DNA from: Nitrososphaerota archaeon
GTDB taxonomy: Archaea; Thermoproteota; Nitrososphaeria_A; Caldarchaeales; Calditenuaceae
Direction: 5' to 3'
Assembly (NCBI GenBank): GCA_033581555.1
Contig: JAVQSZ010000006.1
Coordinates: 55,415-119,414 of the forward strand
DNA: 64,000 nt
Shown: piece by piece, positions 47,398 to 56,664 of the stretch
Position numbering within the stretch: position 1 is the first letter of the stretch
Layout: every line of letters begins with the position of its first letter
Program-made: the position numbers and the translations under genes
Notes under the pieces: generated by a model
What the model saw: the letters and a program-made list of their open reading frames with translations, nothing else
Told to the model about the DNA's origin: nothing
The model's database searches: none

Positions 47398-47419
47398 CAT
47401 TTTTGAGCCGTCAAAAATG
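47398..47419 (+). terminator. Perfect 9-bp hairpin CATTTTTGA-GCCG-TCAAAAATG after a T-tract, between livK and livG (partial terminator or operator)
   Basis: Read directly; preceded by TATTTTTAG. Confidence 0.4.
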
Positions 47420-47427
47420 AGGAACTG

Positions 47428-48192
47428 ATGAGAGGGGCCGGCATCAAGGTAGTCGACGTGGTGAAGGCGTTCGGCGGTCTGAGGGCGCTGGACGGGGTCA
47501 ACCTCGAGGTCAAGCCCGCGACGACGTCCTTGCTCGTCGGTCCGAACGGCTCGGGCAAGACCACCCTCATCAACGTGATCTCCGGGGTACTCAAGCCCGA
47601 CGCAGGCAGGGTCCTCCTGAACGAGAGGGACATCACGGGGCTTCAGCCCCACGAGGTCTACAGGCTGGGGATACTGAGGACCTGGCAGATACCCCAACCC
47701 TTCTTGAGGATGAGCGTGCTGGAGAACGTCCTCGTCGCCGACGGCTCCCACCCGGGCGAGGGCCCCCTCTCCTTCATCACCAAGAGGAGGTCCTGGGTCA
47801 GGCACGAGGAGGAGCTGGTGAGGAGGGCCTACGAGATACTGAGCCTCGTCAAGCTGGACCACCTGTGGGACGTGGAGGCCTCTAAGCTCAGCGGCGGTCA
47901 GATGAAGCTCCTCGAGATCGCGAGGGCCCTCGTGAGCGGCGCCAGGGTCCTCCTCCTAGACGAGCCGGCGGCCGGCGTGAACCCCGCTCTGGCCGAGGAG
48001 ATATTCGCGAACCTCGTAAGGATCAAGGAGGCTTTGGGTGTCACGTTCCTGATCGTGGAGCACAGGTTGGAGATAGCGATGAAGTACGCCGACTGGTGCT
48101 ACGCGATGTTCAACGGCAAGGTCATCGCGGAGGGGAAGCCGGAGGGGGTCCTCGCGGACGCGAAGGTGATCGAGTCCTACTTGGGTGGGTGA
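47428..48192 (+). CDS. livG: ABC transporter ATP-binding protein (LivG-like)
   Basis: FGGLRAL, GPNGSGKTT, LSGGQMK, LLDEPAAG. Confidence 0.92.
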   Translation: MRGAGIKVVDVVKAFGGLRALDGVNLEVKPATTSLLVGPNGSGKTTLINVISGVLKPDAGRVLLNERDITGLQPHEVYRLGILRTWQIPQPFLRMSVLENVLVADGSHPGEGPLSFITKRRSWVRHEEELVRRAYEILSLVKLDHLWDVEASKLSGGQMKLLEIARALVSGARVLLLDEPAAGVNPALAEEIFANLVRIKEALGVTFLIVEHRLEIAMKYADWCYAMFNGKVIAEGKPEGVLADAKVIESYLGG

Positions 48193-48904
48193 GATGATCG
48201 AGCTGAGGGACCTCGAGGCCGGCTACGGGCCCCTTCACGTCCTCTTCGGTGTGACCACGTCCTACGCCCCGAAGCTGATCACGTCGATCGTCGGCCCCAA
48301 CGGCTCCGGGAAGTCCACCCTCCTCAAGACGATCTTCGGGTTCACGAAGGTCTTCTCGGGGAAGGTGATCTTCGACGGGATCGACATCACGGGGAAGCCT
48401 TCGCACCAAGTCGCGAGGCTCGGGATAGCCTACCTCCCCCAGACCGACAACGTCTTCGCGAACCTTACCGTCAGGGAGAACCTCATGATGGCGACCTACG
48501 GACTCGACAAGGAGCTGGCCCGCGAGAGGGTCGAAGAGGCGATGGCATCCTTCCCGGTCCTCGAGAGGTACTGGAGGAGGAAGGCCGGAACCCTGAGCGG
48601 CGGCGAGCGGCAGATGCTCGCTATGGCGGTCGCGCTGGTCAGGAGGCCGAAGGTGATGCTCTTCGACGAGCCCACCGCGAACCTTGCCCCGAAGGTCGCG
48701 AAGGCGGTCCTCGACAAGATAGCGGAGCTTAGGGACGAGTACGGCATCACGGTCCTCCTCGTCGAGCAGAACGCCCTCAGGGCCCTCGAGTACGGTGACA
48801 GGGCGCAGCTCCTCGTGAGCGGGAGGTTGGTCTTCGACGGCCCCGCGAGGGAGCTCCTCGAGAGCAGGGAGCTCGGGAGGCTCTACTTGGGCCTGAAGGG
48901 CTGA
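48185..48904 (+). CDS. livF: ABC transporter ATP-binding protein (LivF-like)
   Basis: GPNGSGKST, AGTLSGGERQML, FDEPTANLAP, LVEQN. Confidence 0.92.
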   Translation: MGEMIELRDLEAGYGPLHVLFGVTTSYAPKLITSIVGPNGSGKSTLLKTIFGFTKVFSGKVIFDGIDITGKPSHQVARLGIAYLPQTDNVFANLTVRENLMMATYGLDKELARERVEEAMASFPVLERYWRRKAGTLSGGERQMLAMAVALVRRPKVMLFDEPTANLAPKVAKAVLDKIAELRDEYGITVLLVEQNALRALEYGDRAQLLVSGRLVFDGPARELLESRELGRLYLGLKG

Positions 48905-48957
48905 AGGCCGAGTCGTCGTGTGAAAGATATAACCCGCTGTTCATCATCGGACCCGAG

Positions 48958-49428
48958 ATGGTCAAGCTCGGTGAGCAGGCACCGGACTTCGAGCTGCTCG
49001 ACCAGGACAGGAAGCCCAGGAGGCTCAGCGAGTTCAGGGGGAAGAAGGTGGTGCTGGCCTTCTTCCCTGGAGCTTTCACGTCGGTCTGCACGAAGGAGAT
49101 GTGCACCTTCAGGGACGAGATGAGCAGGTTCAACAGCCTCGACGCGACGGTGATCGGGATCTCGGTCAACGACCCGTTCACCCTGAAGGCCTTCGCGCAG
49201 TACAACGACCTGAACTACCCGCTCCTCTCCGACTACGCCCGTGAGGTCTCCAGGAGGTACGGAGGCGTCCACGAGGACTTCGCGGGGATGAAGGGGTACT
49301 CCGCTGCGAAGAGGTCGGTCTTCGTCATTGACAGACAGGGGGTCGTGAGGTACTCCTGGGTCTCCGAGGACCCGCTCAAGGAGCCAGACTACGAGGAGAT
49401 CAAGCGGGTTCTTGAGAGGATCGACTAG
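48958..49428 (+). CDS. Peroxiredoxin (BCP/PrxQ-like)
   Basis: APDFEL, FFPGAFTSVCTKEMC, AKRSVFVID. Confidence 0.92.
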   Translation: MVKLGEQAPDFELLDQDRKPRRLSEFRGKKVVLAFFPGAFTSVCTKEMCTFRDEMSRFNSLDATVIGISVNDPFTLKAFAQYNDLNYPLLSDYAREVSRRYGGVHEDFAGMKGYSAAKRSVFVIDRQGVVRYSWVSEDPLKEPDYEEIKRVLERID

Positions 49429-49985
49429 AGCGCCCTCGAGGGGGGCTCAGGCGTCGAGTCCCTCAGCCTCCTCTTCGCGACTTCGCTCGCCTCCTCCAGT
49501 ATCCTCCGAACCTCCTCCTCGTCAGGTTCGACGGGCCTTAGGACGACGTTCGGGACGCTCCCCATCTCCAGCGAGAGGTCCTCGAGGTCCGACTGGACCC
49601 TGTGGACGTGAACGCTCACCTCCGGGAGGATCCCCCTGACGTCGGGCGCGATCGAGGAGACCAGGGACCTTATCGGCGCGACGAAGTTCCTTAGGTCCTC
49701 GAGGTCCCTGACCGCGCTCAGCCTGTTTATCACCGCCTCGATTATCAGTTCGTTCCTGATTGTGAGGTTCATCATCGCCCTCAGCTGCTTCAGCTCGCCC
49801 GCGTAGATCAGGGCCCTCTCGTCGTCGCCCTCCGACTTCGCTGCGACGACCTGCTCGAAGAGCTGGCGTTGTCGCCGGCTCATCTCCTTGACCCTCCTGT
49901 CGAGCCTGTCCCTGAGGATCGTGAGACCCGCCACGACCCTGTCGACCTTCTCGAGCCTCTTCCGCCGCCTGTCGAATAGCGGCAA
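49425..49985 (-). CDS. cdvB: CdvB / ESCRT-III (Snf7) paralogue
   Basis: Helical hairpin ..RQRQLFEQVV.A...D.ERALIYAGELKQLR.., RL..VRDL, EEVRRILEEA C-terminal helix. Confidence 0.8.
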   Translation of the reverse strand: MPLFDRRRKRLEKVDRVVAGLTILRDRLDRRVKEMSRRQRQLFEQVVAAKSEGDDERALIYAGELKQLRAMMNLTIRNELIIEAVINRLSAVRDLEDLRNFVAPIRSLVSSIAPDVRGILPEVSVHVHRVQSDLEDLSLEMGSVPNVVLRPVEPDEEEVRRILEEASEVAKRRLRDSTPEPPSRAL

Positions 49986-50101
49986 CCCCTTCCCCTCCCC
50001 GACCGATCGGATATCAACCGCTCACGGGCAGACAGGGTTGAGCATCCTGAGGTATGATCTCGGGATTGTCTGCGAGTCTAACTTCACACTTATTATCCGA
50101 G

Positions 50102-51445
50102 GTGGCGCTGAGTGGGTCGGGGTTGAGCGGCACGGAGAGCCCCGGCGAGCTTGCGGTGAAATACTCGAGGTACTACGGCGGGAAGGTCGAGACGATCCCC
50201 AAGGTCCCGGTCAGGTCCCTGAAGGACTTCGCGATCTGGTACACCCCTGGGGTCGCGGAGGTCTCGAGGGCGATCGAGAGGAACAAGGACGAGTCCTTTC
50301 ACCTGACGAACCGCTGGAACACGATCGCGGTCATCACCAACGGAAGCAGGGTCCTGGGGCTGGGGAACGTAGGACCTGAGGCCTCTCTGCCCGTGATGGA
50401 GGGAAAGGCGCTCATCTTCAAGTATCTCGGAGGAGTGGACGCGTTCCCGCTGCCCGTGCGGGCCGAGACCCCTGAGAAGTTCATCGAGGTCGTCAAGACG
50501 CTTGAGCCGGCCTTCGGAGGGTTCAACCTCGAGGACATCTCATCCCCTGAGTGCTTCTACATCCTCGAGAGGCTGATGGCGGAGCTCGAGGTCCCCGTCT
50601 GGCACGACGACCAGCTCGGGACTGCCGCGTCGACGCTTGCGGCGCTGATCAACGCCCTCAAGCTCACCGGCAGGTCCGTCAGGGGCACCCGCGTCGTCCT
50701 CCTCGGAGCCGGAGCCGCCAACATAGCGACCGCGTTCCTCCTGGAGCGGTACGGCTTCGACCCGGGGGACATGATACTCATCGATACCAAGGGCATACTC
50801 CATCCGGAGAGGGACGACGTGGACTCCCTGATGCTCAGGAACAGGTGGAAGTACGAGCTCGCGATCAAGACCAACAGGGACAGGGTGAAGGGGGGCCTGG
50901 ACGAGGCGGTGGTCGACGCGGACGTCCTGATCGCTGCCTCGAGGCCGGGACCCGGCATCGTCAAGAAGGAGCACGTGAAGGCGATGGCGAAGGACCCGAT
51001 CGTCTTCGCTCTGGCGAACCCCGTGCCTGAGATATGGCCCTGGGAGGCGAAGGAGGCAGGAGCGGCGATCGTCGCGACCGGAAGGAGCGACTTCCCGAAC
51101 CAAGTCAACAACAGCCTCGTCTTCCCCGCAGTCTTCAGGGGAGCCCTCGACGTCAGGTCCAGGGGCATAACGTACGACACCGCGATAGCCGCGGCCGTGG
51201 AGCTCGCGGGGTGCGCGGAGGAGAAGGGGATCCGCGAGGAGTACATCATCCCGACGATGGAGGAATGGGAGGTATTCCCGAGGGTCGCGGCGGCCGTCGC
51301 GAAACAGCTCACGGAGTCGAGGCTCGCCAGGTCCCCGACCACCTACGAGGACGAGCTGGTTAGGGCCAGGGAGATCGTGGAGAGGACGAGGAGGGTGCTC
51401 GAGGCGATGCTCGAGATCAGGGCGATCAAGCCGATGCCTGTCTAA
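50102..51445 (+). CDS. mae: NAD(P)-dependent malic enzyme (start uncertain)
   Basis: YTPGVA, LGLGNVGPEASLPVMEGK, NLEDI, WHDDQ.GT, ALANPVPE, ATGRSDFPNQVNN. Confidence 0.93.
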   Translation: MALSGSGLSGTESPGELAVKYSRYYGGKVETIPKVPVRSLKDFAIWYTPGVAEVSRAIERNKDESFHLTNRWNTIAVITNGSRVLGLGNVGPEASLPVMEGKALIFKYLGGVDAFPLPVRAETPEKFIEVVKTLEPAFGGFNLEDISSPECFYILERLMAELEVPVWHDDQLGTAASTLAALINALKLTGRSVRGTRVVLLGAGAANIATAFLLERYGFDPGDMILIDTKGILHPERDDVDSLMLRNRWKYELAIKTNRDRVKGGLDEAVVDADVLIAASRPGPGIVKKEHVKAMAKDPIVFALANPVPEIWPWEAKEAGAAIVATGRSDFPNQVNNSLVFPAVFRGALDVRSRGITYDTAIAAAVELAGCAEEKGIREEYIIPTMEEWEVFPRVAAAVAKQLTESRLARSPTTYEDELVRAREIVERTRRVLEAMLEIRAIKPMPV

Positions 51446-51482
51446 GGTCGCCCCGGAGTCACCGAACGGGCCGAGCGGCTTC

Positions 51483-52853
51483 TCAAGGGACATCCGGCAG
51501 CCTGACGCCGCTGACGAGGCGCTCGACCGAGGCCGCGATGGCTAGCAGCCTGCGGTCCGCGTGGACGTCGCCGACGAGCTGCACGCCGATCGGGAGTTCT
51601 TCTCTCGAGAGGCCGCAGGGAACTGAGACCGCCGGAGCTCCGACCAGGTTGAAGGGCTCGACGTTCCTTAAGAGCGCGGCCCTCACGTCGAGCGTCCGGC
51701 CGTCGACCTCGACCGAGCTCTGGTCGATCCTCGGGGCGGTCACCGCCGTAGTGGGCAGCAGCAGTGCGTCGAGCCCCTTCACGGTCCTCCTGAACTCGCC
51801 GATCAGCTTGGGCATCGACCTGAGGGCGTTCACGTAGAGCGGCGCGGGCGTCGAGAGCCCCTGGATCAGGCGCTCCTTGAGATCCTGGCTGACGTCGTGG
51901 GGCCTCTCCTTCAGAAGCCTTCCGTAGGCCGCGGCCGCCTCCGCGTGGGTGATTGCGCTCCTAGCCCAGCTCATCAGCTCGACGTTCGGCACCTCGACCT
52001 CTGAGACCGCAGCGCCCTCCGACTCCAACCTAGAGACGACGTCCTCGAAGGCCCTCCTCACGTCCTCCGATAGCAGCTCGCAGAAGTGCCTCCTCGGCAC
52101 GCCGATCCTCGCCCGCCTCAGACTGAAGGCCCTCAGGGGATAGACCCCGAAGCCCTTCGGGACGGAGACGCTGAGGTCCTTCCCGTCGGGCCCGATCAGG
52201 AGCGACGTCAGGAAGGCCGCGTCGGCTACCGACTTCGCGATCACGCCCACCGTGTCGAGCGTCCAGCTCAAGGGGAGGACTCCGTGCCTGCTGATCAGCC
52301 CGTAGCTCGGCTTGTACCCGACCAGGCCGCAGAGAGCCGCCGGCACCCTTATCGAGCCGCCCGTGTCGGTCCCTATCGCCGCGAGGCACATCCCCGTCGC
52401 GACGGAGACCGCGCCGCCGCTCGTCGAACCTCCCGCGACGTGCCCCTCCCTCCAGGGGTTCACAGCGGTCCCGAAGTGCGGGTTGTGGCCGGTTATCCCG
52501 AAGGTCAGCTCGTGGAGGTTGGTCTTCCCCACTATCGCGCCAGAGGCCCTGAGGACCCTCTCGACGACGGTCGAGTTGTAGCTGGCTGCGTTCTCCTTGA
52601 AGGCGACGGATCCCGCGGTCGTCGGACAGCCCTTGACGTGGAAGAGGTCCTTGACCGAGATCGGTGCGCCGGCCAGCGGCCCTCGCATCCCCTTCGACTT
52701 GAGCGGCGGGTCGAAGACCGCGACGAAGGCCCTGAGCCTGTCGTTCAACCTCCTGATCGCCTCGAGGCACTCCGCGTAGAGGTCATCGGGGTCCAGCTCG
52801 CCCGTCCTCAGCAGCGCTGCGGCCTCGACTAGGCTCAGCTCACGGACTCCCAT
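51483..52853 (-). CDS. Amidase signature family enzyme (GatA/AtzE-like)
   Basis: ISVKD, GKTNLHE, AGGSTSGG, GTDTGGSIRVPAALCG. Confidence 0.9.
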   Translation of the reverse strand: MGVRELSLVEAAALLRTGELDPDDLYAECLEAIRRLNDRLRAFVAVFDPPLKSKGMRGPLAGAPISVKDLFHVKGCPTTAGSVAFKENAASYNSTVVERVLRASGAIVGKTNLHELTFGITGHNPHFGTAVNPWREGHVAGGSTSGGAVSVATGMCLAAIGTDTGGSIRVPAALCGLVGYKPSYGLISRHGVLPLSWTLDTVGVIAKSVADAAFLTSLLIGPDGKDLSVSVPKGFGVYPLRAFSLRRARIGVPRRHFCELLSEDVRRAFEDVVSRLESEGAAVSEVEVPNVELMSWARSAITHAEAAAAYGRLLKERPHDVSQDLKERLIQGLSTPAPLYVNALRSMPKLIGEFRRTVKGLDALLLPTTAVTAPRIDQSSVEVDGRTLDVRAALLRNVEPFNLVGAPAVSVPCGLSREELPIGVQLVGDVHADRRLLAIAASVERLVSGVRLPDVP

Positions 52854-53031
52854 GCCTAGGCACCTGCCCGTGGACGGGAAGGGGATCGTCAGGCCCGAGA
52901 TACCGATCTAGCGACTCCGCTATCGGGCTCAGCCTCTTCAGCACCCTGATCAGATAGTTTAGGTCGTCGACCGGGCCTATCAGGGCGATCATCCTCGCGA
53001 AGGCCTCCCGCTCTGGTGACTCCTCCGGCAT
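52840..53031 (-). CDS. Small protein overlapping the amidase start (possible GatC/AtzG-like partner)
   Basis: 63 aa, helical, TTAAT-type box upstream, overlaps the amidase start. Confidence 0.45.
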   Translation of the reverse strand: MPEESPEREAFARMIALIGPVDDLNYLIRVLKRLSPIAESLDRYLGPDDPLPVHGQVPRHGSP

Positions 53032-53057
53032 CGGGTCCCCTCGAGGCGGTCCGGTGA

Positions 53058-53804
53058 TTAACCTCTCCCCCCACCTCGCCGCGCGGTCAGCCGGCGTCGC
53101 CCCTCTTTCCGCGCGTTCCGCCTCATCGAGCGGTAGGCGCAGAGGTCCCTGAGGACGCACTCCTCGCAGAGCGGCCTCCTGCTCCTGCAGACCTTGCGGC
53201 CGTGGGCGATCAGGAGGAGGTGGGCCTCGTGGCGGGTCGAGGGCGGGAAGGTCGAGTCCAAGGCCCTCCTCGCCTCCTCGTAGCCCGCGCCCTCCCTGAC
53301 CAAGCCGAGCCTAGTGGCCACCCTCCTCACGTGAGTATCGACCGGAACCGTGTCGGAGACGCCGAACGTGGCCAAAACGACGTCGGCGGTCTTCGGGCCT
53401 ATCCCTTTGAACGACGTGAGGACCCTTCGGGCCTCGTCGGGTCCCTGCGAGAGGAGGCGCTTCAGGTCCGGGTCGCCGGAGGAGGAAGCGTACTCCGCCA
53501 GCGCCTTTATCGCCCTCGACTTGGCCTCCGCCAGCCCTGCGGACCTTATCGCCCTCCCGATGCGCCTGAGGTCCGTTCCCGCGAGCCTGTAGGGGTCAAC
53601 GCCCACGAGCTCGTCCAAGGACCTGTAGGCCCCGATCGCGGCCCTGTCGGTCGAGTTCTGCGAGAGGATCGTCGCGACCAGCGCCCTAAAGGGCGATCCG
53701 GTGACCGAGGCGACCAACTTCGAGACGAACTCCCGCGAGTCGATGCCGTGCGCGGACCTGAGCCTCCTCAGGACCTCCTCGCCGAGGGCGGCCCCCTCAC
53801 TCAA
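53058..53804 (-). CDS. nth: Endonuclease III (HhH-GPD glycosylase with 4Fe-4S cluster)
   Basis: LVATILSQNSTD, GIGPKTADV, PVDTHVRR, CRSRRPLCEECVLRDLC. Confidence 0.92.
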   Translation of the reverse strand: MSEGAALGEEVLRRLRSAHGIDSREFVSKLVASVTGSPFRALVATILSQNSTDRAAIGAYRSLDELVGVDPYRLAGTDLRRIGRAIRSAGLAEAKSRAIKALAEYASSSGDPDLKRLLSQGPDEARRVLTSFKGIGPKTADVVLATFGVSDTVPVDTHVRRVATRLGLVREGAGYEEARRALDSTFPPSTRHEAHLLLIAHGRKVCRSRRPLCEECVLRDLCAYRSMRRNARKEGRRRLTARRGGGRG

Positions 53805-54270
53805 CCCCGAGCAGCCTCCTGTGCTTGGGTATCTGCGGGTGGATCCTCCCGTCCCTCGAGACCTTCCCGCTCCCCGCGTAGACGTCACCCCACCTCAATA
53901 CCGCGAAGTGTCCCTCAACGGAGCCCTTCACGGACTCGAGCGGGATCGGGTCGCCCCTCATCCAGGCCTTCAGCTGGTCCATCCCGACCTCGACGACGTT
54001 CCTCCTGATCCTGTCCCCCAGCAGCTGGGACCCCTCGAGGGAGAGGTAGGTGCCGAACTTCGTCAGCTTCAGGACGTAGAGCCCCACGCTCTCGAACTTC
54101 CCCAGAGATCGGGCCACCTCGAGCGCCTCGGGGGTCGCGACCCTGACCTTACCCTCGGAGCCGGAGAGGACGACGAGCTCCTCGCCTAGGCCCTCCTCCA
54201 CCCCGAACTCCACCTTCAGCGCCTCTTCGACCCTCTTCCGCTGGGACCTGTCAAGTACCTCGACCCTCAT
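53797..54270 (-). CDS. NIP7-like PUA-domain protein
   Basis: ATG overlaps the methyltransferase stop; LSLEGSQL, WMRGDPI, GHFAVL..G.G. Confidence 0.75.
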   Translation of the reverse strand: MRVEVLDRSQRKRVEEALKVEFGVEEGLGEELVVLSGSEGKVRVATPEALEVARSLGKFESVGLYVLKLTKFGTYLSLEGSQLLGDRIRRNVVEVGMDQLKAWMRGDPIPLESVKGSVEGHFAVLRWGDVYAGSGKVSRDGRIHPQIPKHRRLLGVE

Positions 54271-55211
54271 CCTCCTCCCTTCCTGATCAGCGCGACGAAG
54301 AAGCCCTCGGCTCCGTTGTCCTGCGGGTAGCACTTGAAGCACCTCGAGACCATCGGGTCGAACTTCCTGCCACCCCACTCCTCCAGCGGCCTCCTCCCCT
54401 TCAGGCCCTCGAGCCGGAACTCGACCACCTCCGCGTCCCTCCTCATCGAGAGGAACTCAGAGACGACCGCCTCGTTCTCCAACGGGTGGACCGTGCACGT
54501 GGAGTAGACTGTGAGGCCCTCGGGCGCGGTCGCGTCGTACGCCGCGAGGAGCAGGGAGAGCTGGAGCCTCGCGAGCCTCTCGGACTTACCGTGGGAGTAG
54601 GTCCTGGCGGCAGACCAGTCCTTCGTCACCACTCCCAGGGAGCTGCAGGGAACGTCGCAGAGCGTCCTGTCGAAGAAACCCCTCGCCCTCTTCCCGAAGA
54701 ACCTCCCGTCCTTGAGGGTGACCACGCAGTTGTAGGCACCCCACCTCTGGAGGTTCGCGATCAACGGCTTGATCCTCTCGGAGGAAGCGTCGTTGGCCAC
54801 CAATACCCCTCTGTTCTCCATCAGCTGCGCGATCTGGGTCGACTTGCTCCCCGGAGCGGCGCAGAGGTCCAGGACCTTCTCGCCAGGTCTCGGGTCGAGG
54901 GCCTCGACGGGGACCATCGAGATCGGGCCCTGGAGGTAGATCAGGCCGAGGCTGTGGGCCAGCGTCCCACCGGGTTCGCCCTCCTCGCACTCAATAAGCC
55001 TGTAGGCGTGCCTAGCCCAAGGGAGCCTCTCGAACCTCCACCCGATCTCCCTGAGGAGCGCGACGCACCGCTCCTCGCTCATCTTGAGCGTGTTCACCCT
55101 GAACGTCTCTGGAAGCGGCTTGACCGAGGCCTCGACGAACTCCTCCAGCTCGAGGTCGGGTATCCGCGAGAGCAGCTCGCGCAGGTCGTCCGAGGGTTTC
55201 AGCTCATCCAT
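54267..55211 (-). CDS. RsmB/NOL1/NOP2 RNA m5C methyltransferase
   Basis: RVNTLK, VLDLCAAPGSKS, DVPCS, YSTCT..ENE, GFFVA. Confidence 0.93.
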   Translation of the reverse strand: MDELKPSDDLRELLSRIPDLELEEFVEASVKPLPETFRVNTLKMSEERCVALLREIGWRFERLPWARHAYRLIECEEGEPGGTLAHSLGLIYLQGPISMVPVEALDPRPGEKVLDLCAAPGSKSTQIAQLMENRGVLVANDASSERIKPLIANLQRWGAYNCVVTLKDGRFFGKRARGFFDRTLCDVPCSSLGVVTKDWSAARTYSHGKSERLARLQLSLLLAAYDATAPEGLTVYSTCTVHPLENEAVVSEFLSMRRDAEVVEFRLEGLKGRRPLEEWGGRKFDPMVSRCFKCYPQDNGAEGFFVALIRKGGG

Positions 55212-55275
55212 GTCTGCCCTCGCGAGCCTTGCCGTGTCGCGGATATAGAGGCTGACCGTCGCCGCTCGGGGGAGT

Positions 55276-55845
55276 TCAACCTGACAGGAACCTCAGGAGG
55301 ACCGAGGCCGCTATCACCGCCACGAAGCCCCCGACCATCAGCCCCACGGTCCACTTGAAGTTGGTGTCGATCCTGTTCTCGAGGGAGTCGAGTCTCCCCT
55401 CGACGCGCTCGAGCCTCTTCTCGACGGTCACCAGACCCCCCTCAACGACCCCCAGCCTGCCCTCGACCGTCCCCAGCCTGTTCTCGACGACCTGTAACCT
55501 GTCCTCGAGGGCCCCCAGTCTCTTCTCGAAGGCACCGAACCCCCTCTCAACACCATCGATCCTCTTCTCAATGGCATCGACCCCCTTCTCAATAACATCG
55601 AGCCTCCTCTCAACACCGTCGATCCTCTTCTCGACAGCGTCCAGCCTCTGCTCGACGACCTCTATCCTCTTGTTGATCCTCTCTTCCACATGCCTAAACT
55701 TCTCATCGATGATCCCTATGATGAGCCTCATCCTTTCGTTGACGTTCTCGAGGGACACGAGCACCGCGACGACGTCCCTCTCGACCGCGTCGAGGCGCGC
55801 CTCGAGGTCGTAGCTGGCAGTCAACCCAAGTACGTTAACGTTCAA
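55276..55845 (-). CDS. Heptad-repeat coiled-coil protein with C-terminal TM anchor
   Basis: Repeats of the type (V/I)E(K/R/G)R(L/I)(D/G)x, ending NFKWTVGLMVGGFVAVIAASVLLR. Confidence 0.8.
   Translation of the reverse strand: MNVNVLGLTASYDLEARLDAVERDVVAVLVSLENVNERMRLIIGIIDEKFRHVEERINKRIEVVEQRLDAVEKRIDGVERRLDVIEKGVDAIEKRIDGVERGFGAFEKRLGALEDRLQVVENRLGTVEGRLGVVEGGLVTVEKRLERVEGRLDSLENRIDTNFKWTVGLMVGGFVAVIAASVLLRFLSG
55380..55690 (-). repeat. Degenerate 21-bp tandem repeats encoding heptads
   Basis: CCTCTCAACACC(A/G)TCGATCCTCTTCTC at 55543-55569 and 55606-55632, 63 bp apart. Confidence 0.75.
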
Positions 55846-55881
55846 CCGGTAATTAAGCTGTCACGAACTGACTCGCAGTCT

Positions 55882-56145
55882 TCAGCCCAGCAGGACCTTC
55901 AGGAGGATCGAGGTCGCTATGACCGAGACGAAACCTCTCGGCATCATCGTCGAGGTCAGCCTGGAGTTCGCGTCGATCTCGGCCTCGAGACTCCCGGCCT
56001 CCGACCTGATGTCGACGAACCCGGACTCGAGGTCGTCCGCCGTCCTCTCGAAGGACCGGAGCATCGCCCCGATCACCGCGACGTCCTTCTCGATCGCGTC
56101 GACGCGTAACTCCAGCTCCACGGAGCGGCCGCTGAGACGAAGCAC
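55882..56145 (-). CDS. Short paralogue of the adjacent coiled-coil TM protein (possibly degenerate)
   Basis: LELRVDAIEKDVAVI vs LEARLDAVERDVVAV; IDANSR..GFVSVIATSILLK vs IDTNFK..GFVAVIAASVLLR. Confidence 0.65.
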   Translation of the reverse strand: MLRLSGRSVELELRVDAIEKDVAVIGAMLRSFERTADDLESGFVDIRSEAGSLEAEIDANSRLTSTMMPRGFVSVIATSILLKVLLG

Positions 56146-56274
56146 CGCTAGCTACTACGCCCCGCGCCGCAGGCCTGACCGGAACTCCTGCTCGACGGGG
56201 TCTGGAACCCAGCGTGGTCGCAGCGGACCGAGGCCGCGGAGCTTTATTTGGTGGTCGATCCGTGCGGTCGGAGG

Positions 56275-56664
56275 ATGACGGTCTGGCATGGCGACCTCCA
56301 CAAGCGGAAGAAGACGGGAGGGAAGAAGGGCGTCCACAGGAAGAGGAGGAGGTACGAGAGGGGAAGGGACCCACTGCTGCCGACTGTCGGCGAGGAGGAG
56401 AGGCTGGTCGAGAGGGTGAGGGGAGGGAACACCAAGGTCAGGGTGAGGCACGCGAAGTACGCGAACGTCTTCGACGGGTCCAAGACCGTCAGGGTCGAGA
56501 TACTGAAGGTCGTCCAGAACCCGGCGAACCCGGACTTCACGAGGATGGGCGTCCTCACTCGGGGCGCGCTGATAGACACCCCGCTCGGCGTGGCGAGGGT
56601 CACCTCGAAGCCTTCTGCGGACGGCGTCGTTAACGCGGTCTTGGTCCAGCCCAAATCGTCATGA
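56275..56664 (+). CDS. rps8e: 30S ribosomal protein S8e
   Basis: KRKKTGG..RKRRRYERGR, RVRGGNTK, NPAN..R.GVLTRGA, ARVTSKP..DGVVNAVL. Confidence 0.96.
   Translation: MTVWHGDLHKRKKTGGKKGVHRKRRRYERGRDPLLPTVGEEERLVERVRGGNTKVRVRHAKYANVFDGSKTVRVEILKVVQNPANPDFTRMGVLTRGALIDTPLGVARVTSKPSADGVVNAVLVQPKSS

Noticed and set aside
51483-52853. Calling the amidase gatA
   Set aside because: No gatB adjacent and GatA-specific motifs (e.g. DEFAMGS, SNLARFDG) are absent
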